From Candidatus Zixiibacteriota bacterium (GTDB taxonomy: Bacteria; Zixibacteria; MSB-5A5; UBA10806; 4484-95), in contig JAOZPT010000067.1 in NCBI GenBank assembly GCA_029932605.1, forward strand, positions 1 through 11,310: a stretch of 11,310 nucleotides of DNA, given 5' to 3'. Below the pieces are notes generated by a model. It saw only the letters and a program-made list of their open reading frames with translations, had not been told where the DNA came from and made no database searches. Of this stretch, positions 7,701-11,310 are shown one piece after another; position 1 is the stretch's first letter, and each line of letters begins with the position of its first letter. A program made the translations under genes and the position numbers.

Positions 7701-7979
7701 ATTGAGTTCAGTTTGAACCAGAATTTCCCCAATCCTTTCAACAGCAAAACCGTAATCAGGTTCAGTCTTGATGCACCGGGCGATATTTCTCTGGATGTGT
7801 TTGATATTCTTGGCAGAAAAGTGAAGACACTTAATGATGGTTTCAAACAAGCTGGTAATTACGAGATTACCTGGGATGGTAGAAATTCCGAGAACATGGA
7901 AGTTGCTTCGGGGATTTATTTTTACAGATTAAAAACTGGCACTAACGTCCTTGTTAAAAGAATGGTATATTTAAGGTAA
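4701..7979 (+). CDS. Secreted S8 (subtilisin-like) serine protease with Ig-like domain, FG-GAP/VCBS-like repeats and T9SS-type/FlgD-Ig C-terminal domain
   Basis: SD AAGGGAG (4691-4697) before ATG ATG (4701/4704). Signal peptide MMRVVVSMVMFLFLVATAAG. Triad Asp in IDDSG (5226), His in EHGTHVAG (5424), Ser in GTSMSSP (5889), oxyanion AAAGN, and a DDDGNGYIDDVIGWDF insert. NPGE Ig-like module, eight D-x-D-x-D-G-x-x-E-I-type repeats and CTD FSLNQNFPNPFN...WDG...SGIYFYRL...KRMVYLR. Confidence 0.93.
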   Translation: MMRVVVSMVMFLFLVATAAGELPANIGVAENGGKYFTDRFVVMMKSGTTPLVTNRLVSGKVYTGNDQIDMLCAENGIINVEPYYPAPVRNDGLRALVERIYTFTVSSGVDVIDVYKSFSTIKDVESSDLWSVAEYFYDPDDPSINQQWALPKVNAFNAWDIIRGDTTANVVIGIDDSGVYYVHPDLADNMWINGPEDINGNGMFDHGDINGIDDDGNGYIDDVIGWDFGFNDNDPAEDQPEHGTHVAGCASEVTDNGIGGAGLGFSAKLMAVKATNTPGYITHGYPAMIYAADNGANIVNCSWGAPGYSGTEQSIINNVYAMGVLVIAAAGNDYPWTPPYVNYPSAYNHVLGVAATDQSDHLASFSNYGNWVDVSAPGVSIYSTWATGTYMSLSGTSMSSPVTCGLAALIKAQNPSWRPDEIELRMESSAVNIDTLNPQYEGMMGAGRIDAYAALAAAYYPNIQLIDFYVTLISDDGDGVVNPGESIEVVVVLQNLWQDAFNVVGTLRAPEGITVIDSVTNFGDVEGNGEITDNGFDPYSLLFSEEIIPGQYDLTLSIAADNDYSTEIYIPVEVTLEMAGFPLSLVGAIESSPLIFDFDSDGQNEIIVGTNENRVYAIESDGLFSSGWPVTGSSDFNTAACVGDLDGNGDFEVVACAKDGQVHAWDKNGNSLDNFPVDVNSMQVFANPTLADLDGNGDLEIIQATFLPSKSIYIINHDGSNFGDWPYAGDDPWYSGVAVGDIDGDDQLEIAIGGLDNKLHVFNIDMTEDEGWPYDVGGDIKVAPAVGDIEPSDPELEIVVGTNSGWVYLFNHDGTIVDGWPVDIGTQIKSTPSLADLDDDGSPEIIVGSSDSELYVYDSDASVFNGFPVTLSASVNTSAVVGDISGDGSPDIIIANGSINSLIYAFDNQGQPLDNFPMPPAGTGQISTTPAIWDIDNDGDMEIVIGVQASDNNLNVIDYKVQALLTDMQWRAYGNDIYRSGNYVPLFPYTDVPDEPVSLPIEFSLNQNFPNPFNSKTVIRFSLDAPGDISLDVFDILGRKVKTLNDGFKQAGNYEITWDGRNSENMEVASGIYFYRLKTGTNVLVKRMVYLR

Positions 7980-7989
7980 CTATTTGATG

Positions 7990-8018
7990 ACCCGTCGGTT
8001 ACTGCCGGCGGGTTTTTT
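7990..8018 (+). terminator. Rho-independent terminator
   Basis: Stem ACCCGTCGGT / GCCGGCGGGT with G-U pairs, followed by a T-run, 10 nt after the S8 stop codon. Confidence 0.85.
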
Positions 8019-8063
8019 ATTTATGGTGAGATTATAACAATTGACTAAAATGTATTAATTACT

Positions 8064-8079
8064 GGGTATTGAATTTGCA
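8064..8079 (+). promoter_or_regulatory. Possible sigma-54 (-24/-12) promoter upstream of the 8386 gene
   Basis: GGGTATT-GAAT-TTGCA. GG (8065-66) and GC (8077-78) are at the exact GG-N10-GC spacing, but the -24 box deviates from TGGCACG. Confidence 0.35.
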
Positions 8080-8385
8080 TTGAACAACATATGGTGAAAA
8101 AGGGGTCTTTTTCCCTTGACTTTTGGATTTAATTTTGTAACTTGAAAAAGAATACTCGAATGACGTGGGTATTTGTGTATGAAGATATAATAAGTCCGTT
8201 TATAGCATAGAATTGAAGAAAGGCATAAGGGAGTAAAGAGCATTTTATATTGGAATCATAGAAATTATGATGGAAATAAGCGGTTATTTTTACTTTGCAT
8301 GTATAAGGAGGTGAAGAAGGCAAAATAAGGGAGATAGCGACAGCTAAATAAAGAACTATAAACTTTATTCTTTGGAGGTTTTTTA

Positions 8386-10260
8386 ATGAAAAAATTAATG
8401 ATTTGTGCCTTGGTTATGGTTTTCGCTGTTAGCGGAGCTTATGCGGCAAAGAGCTCGTTTATTTTCCCTGTGATAAACATGCCCACCGATAGCAGTTCCA
8501 GCCCGGATAGTTTTGGTTACACATGGGTGGATAACGATAATGGAGGCAGTCCGGTATATAACTGGTTAGACATTACTGAAATTGGTGTTCAGGTTGAAGG
8601 GCTTATGGATGATAACACCGTTGGACCAATTGATCTTGGTTTTGATTTTCCTTTTTATTGGTATTTTGTTGATCATCTTTGGATTGGTTCCAACGGATAT
8701 ATATCGTTTTCATCGGATGCCAATTATTCGCAGAATTTTCCAATGATACCGAGTCCTATTTTACCTAACGACCTTGTTTGTCCTCTTGCCAGTGATATTG
8801 ATTTCACTTCTCCCTATGGAGAAAAACTCTGTTATTACTATACGAATGATGTTGATTCGTTTGTCGTATCCTGGATAGATGTTCCCGAGTGGAATGATCC
8901 TCCGCAAAACACTAGCCACACTTTCCAGATGATTCTTTGTGCGGCAGATTCTTCGATTACTTTCCAGTATGGCCCGCAGGTGGGTAATTTCCAAAACCCC
9001 GATGGTGCCTGCCAGATAGGGATTGAGGATCTTGTTGGTAGGACAGGATTGCGTTATATGTATAATCGTCTGCCACAAGAAAGGATGCCACATGATAGCC
9101 TGACCATTCGTATCCATCCAGAACCCAATCCGGATTTTGTTTTCCATGACGTTGGTGTTGCTGGAGGTATGAATGAAACATCCGGTGGTATATTTGCTCC
9201 GGTAGGCCAGGATATGTACGTAAGAGCTTTAATTAAGAACTACGGGACTGTGGATGAGGAAAATATAAAGGTTACTTCGGAAATCAAGAGAGGTTATCTG
9301 AGAGTTTATGCTGATACCGTTTTCATTGAAAGTATGGAACCAGGTGAAGAAGTCTGGGTTGAATTTAATGACACCTATATTCCTGATGAGATTGATATTT
9401 ACTCTATCATCTTCAAAACCACGTTAACTGGCGACCAGTTTTACAGCAACAACCGTGACACTACCGAATTGCGCTCTTATACTCTTCCCATGACCTTGGG
9501 TTATGCCGACTCTGCTACCGGTAACTATACATGGTGGATCGGCGGTACAGGAACAGGTTTTGCAAACGAGTTTGTAATGCCCGAGCCTGTAACTGTAACT
9601 GGAGTTTCTATCAATTACATGACTTCAGGTAGCACCCAACGAAGCTATTTTTATGTTATTCCCGCTGATGAATATGGTAATCCGGATGAGGCTAATACGT
9701 TGTGGGGAGATACCGTAACGACATTCAATCCTGGTGGTTGGTATACTGTAAATATTCCTGAGCCCATTAATATTCAGGCAGGGGAAAAATTCTTCGTTTC
9801 TCATATATCAGGAGTAGATAGTATTGGAACCGGTATGGATACCGATATGCCGCTTTCCAATCGAGGTTGGGAAAACACTGGTTCTTACGCCCCCTCGCGT
9901 GACCGTAGTAACCAGGACATTTGTATCAGCGTTGTATGTGATGTTGGAGTAGGGATTGATGATAAGGAAACCTCCCTGCCGACGAGTTTTAATCTCAATC
10001 AGAACTATCCCAATCCTTTCAATGCTAGAACAGAATTGGGTTTCTATCTGGCTGAAAAAAGTGAAGTCGCTTTTGATATTTACAATATAGTTGGTCAGAA
10101 GATTAAGACGCTTAAGAAGGGCATGTTAGAAGCTGGTTTTTATACTGTTACCTGGGATGGCACTAACAACAACGGTGAGGTTGTTTCATCTGGCGTTTAT
10201 TTCTATCGGTTGACTGCCGGTGATAAGACACAGACCAAGAAAATGGTTATGCTGAAATAA
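8386..10260 (+). CDS. Secreted protein with CARDB-like Ig domain and T9SS-type/FlgD-Ig C-terminal domain (624 aa)
   Basis: SD GGAGG (8374-8378). Signal peptide MKKLMICALVMVFAVSGAYA. N-terminal beta-rich module (PDSFGYTWVD...DLGFDFPFY...IGSNGYISF, nidogen-like by recollection), CARDB-like DVGV...IKNYGT...MEPGEE...DQFYSNN, and CTD FNLNQNYPNPFN...WDG...SGVYFYRL...KKMVMLK. Confidence 0.9.
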   Translation: MKKLMICALVMVFAVSGAYAAKSSFIFPVINMPTDSSSSPDSFGYTWVDNDNGGSPVYNWLDITEIGVQVEGLMDDNTVGPIDLGFDFPFYWYFVDHLWIGSNGYISFSSDANYSQNFPMIPSPILPNDLVCPLASDIDFTSPYGEKLCYYYTNDVDSFVVSWIDVPEWNDPPQNTSHTFQMILCAADSSITFQYGPQVGNFQNPDGACQIGIEDLVGRTGLRYMYNRLPQERMPHDSLTIRIHPEPNPDFVFHDVGVAGGMNETSGGIFAPVGQDMYVRALIKNYGTVDEENIKVTSEIKRGYLRVYADTVFIESMEPGEEVWVEFNDTYIPDEIDIYSIIFKTTLTGDQFYSNNRDTTELRSYTLPMTLGYADSATGNYTWWIGGTGTGFANEFVMPEPVTVTGVSINYMTSGSTQRSYFYVIPADEYGNPDEANTLWGDTVTTFNPGGWYTVNIPEPINIQAGEKFFVSHISGVDSIGTGMDTDMPLSNRGWENTGSYAPSRDRSNQDICISVVCDVGVGIDDKETSLPTSFNLNQNYPNPFNARTELGFYLAEKSEVAFDIYNIVGQKIKTLKKGMLEAGFYTVTWDGTNNNGEVVSSGVYFYRLTAGDKTQTKKMVMLK

Positions 10261-10282
10261 CAACAGATTGATGAGACTTATG

Positions 10283-10313
10283 AAAACCCCGTCATGCTGG
10301 CGGGGTTTTTTTT
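10283..10313 (+). terminator. Rho-independent terminator
   Basis: AAAACCCCGTCA-TGC-TGGCGGGG-TTTTTTTT. The A-run on the 5' side suggests it may be bidirectional. Confidence 0.9.
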
Positions 10314-10570
10314 CGAAAATAGTGTTAAAATATGTTGCCTTTGATTGTTAAGAAGGTTATTTTGTTTACATGGGTATTGCAATTAAAATGAAATCTGTTG
10401 CGCAGTATCTTAATACTATTTTTCAGAGATAAAGGTGAAAAAACCTGATATTCTGTTTTTAAATCTTCAAAGAAAGGTGTTAACTGAAAGTTCTGCATAA
10501 TGATTTAAATCCAATAACGATTTTATTGATATGGATTTTGTGTAAACCGTTACAATAGCAAGTTTACTAA

Positions 10571-10586
10571 AGGCATGCAGTTTGCT
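10571..10586 (+). promoter_or_regulatory. Sigma-54 (RpoN)-type -24/-12 promoter
   Basis: AGGCATG-CAGT-TTGCT versus consensus TGGCACG-N4-TTGCW. GG 10572-73 and GC 10584-85 are correctly spaced, about 90 nt upstream of the next coding region. Confidence 0.6.
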
Positions 10587-10675
10587 TAAATATAAAGGGT
10601 AATTTCATTTATTGGATTGTTGAGATTGTTGAAAGAGAATGATGGATTTAAAATTAAATCGAAAGGGTCAGAATA

Positions 10676-11310
10676 ATCAAAACTAAATTTTACTCGTTAA
10701 ATATCATTATCCTGGTTGTTACTTTCGTAGCCGTGACGGTGAATGCCGATTCGGGTGTTATGAGTCTGCCTATATTATGGCCTGTTGACACTTTTAAAGA
10801 GAAAGCTGAAAGTCTCTCCCTGGATACCCAGGAGGATATGATTGCTTACGACACAGCTCCCTCTTTATATATAACCTATACTGAGATTGGAACCAAATTT
10901 TCGGTAAGGTTTACCCCGTTAATGCCATGTACATTAACCTATGTTGAAATTGTTAGTTATGATGTAAATTCTCCTCCAGATCCTGGGGAAGTTATATTAC
11001 ATGTTTGGGATGATGATAACGGTATTCCAGGTGATGACCTGATTTCGCCTTTTATAGTCACATTGGACTGTAGCTTAAGATACCAGAGGATAGACATTAC
11101 ACCTTTTGTTGACATAGGAGATAACGATTTTCATGTTGGTGTGGAATATTCCCAGGAGCCCCCACCATATATGACCTCGGATAGCGATGGCAATACTGAG
11201 TTACGCTCGAAGTTCAAAAGACCATCCGACCCTGACTGGCTGGATGCCGAGAACGATATCTGTATAAGAGCGTTTGTCCGTTATTATGTCATTGACCATG
11301 AACCGCCTAC
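10676..11310 (+). CDS. Partial secreted beta-sandwich protein (runs off the window; start codon uncertain; missing from the ORF track)
   Basis: Open frame from 10658 to the end: IKTKFYSLNIIILVVTFVAVTVNA|DSGVMSLPILWP...IAYDTAPS...GTKFSVRFTPLMPCTLTYVEI...HVWDDDNGIPGDDLI...DFHVGVEY...DICIRAFVRYYVIDHEPP. No stop over about 210 codons, and it is acidic like its neighbours. Confidence 0.85.
   Translation, partial: MKTKFYSLNIIILVVTFVAVTVNADSGVMSLPILWPVDTFKEKAESLSLDTQEDMIAYDTAPSLYITYTEIGTKFSVRFTPLMPCTLTYVEIVSYDVNSPPDPGEVILHVWDDDNGIPGDDLISPFIVTLDCSLRYQRIDITPFVDIGDNDFHVGVEYSQEPPPYMTSDSDGNTELRSKFKRPSDPDWLDAENDICIRAFVRYYVIDHEPP

Noticed and set aside
4613..9181. Minus-strand ORFs 4613-4879, 5076-5435, 6795-7136, 7664-7846, 8055-8243, 8129-8323, 8761-9147 and 8957-9181
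   Set aside because: Antisense shadows of the S8 and 8386 genes, or short AT-rich intergenic ORFs with no recognisable protein features.
7990..10313. Similarity between the two terminators (CCCGTC...GGCGGG) as a repeat family
   Set aside because: Short GC-rich stems are expected in intrinsic terminators, and two examples are insufficient.

Overview
AT-rich bacterial chromosomal segment. The 'QNYPNPFN...SG.YFYRL...KKMV.LK' C-terminal sorting domains and the GT-C/TPR protein suggest an FCB-group organism such as Zixibacteria, Calditrichota or Ignavibacteria (inference). Left end (1-~840), on the 3' side of a tRNA-Ser(CGA): a probable IS256-type transposase fragment, a triple-lesioned LVIVD-repeat/CTD pseudogene and a CGTC-type REP palindrome, which together look like a decayed accessory island. 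Minus-strand block: GT-C (PMT-like) glycosyltransferase with TPR repeats, tadA, a 4-TM membrane protein and tRNA-Ser. Divergent plus-strand block of secreted proteins: an S8 protease with an FG-GAP propeller and CTD, a CARDB+CTD protein (each followed by a terminator), and an unannotated partial ORF at the right edge. That ORF has a signal peptide without a canonical start codon and a good sigma-54-type promoter upstream. No CRISPR array, integrase, reverse transcriptase or defence system was seen, and no clearly novel system can be established from the sequence alone.
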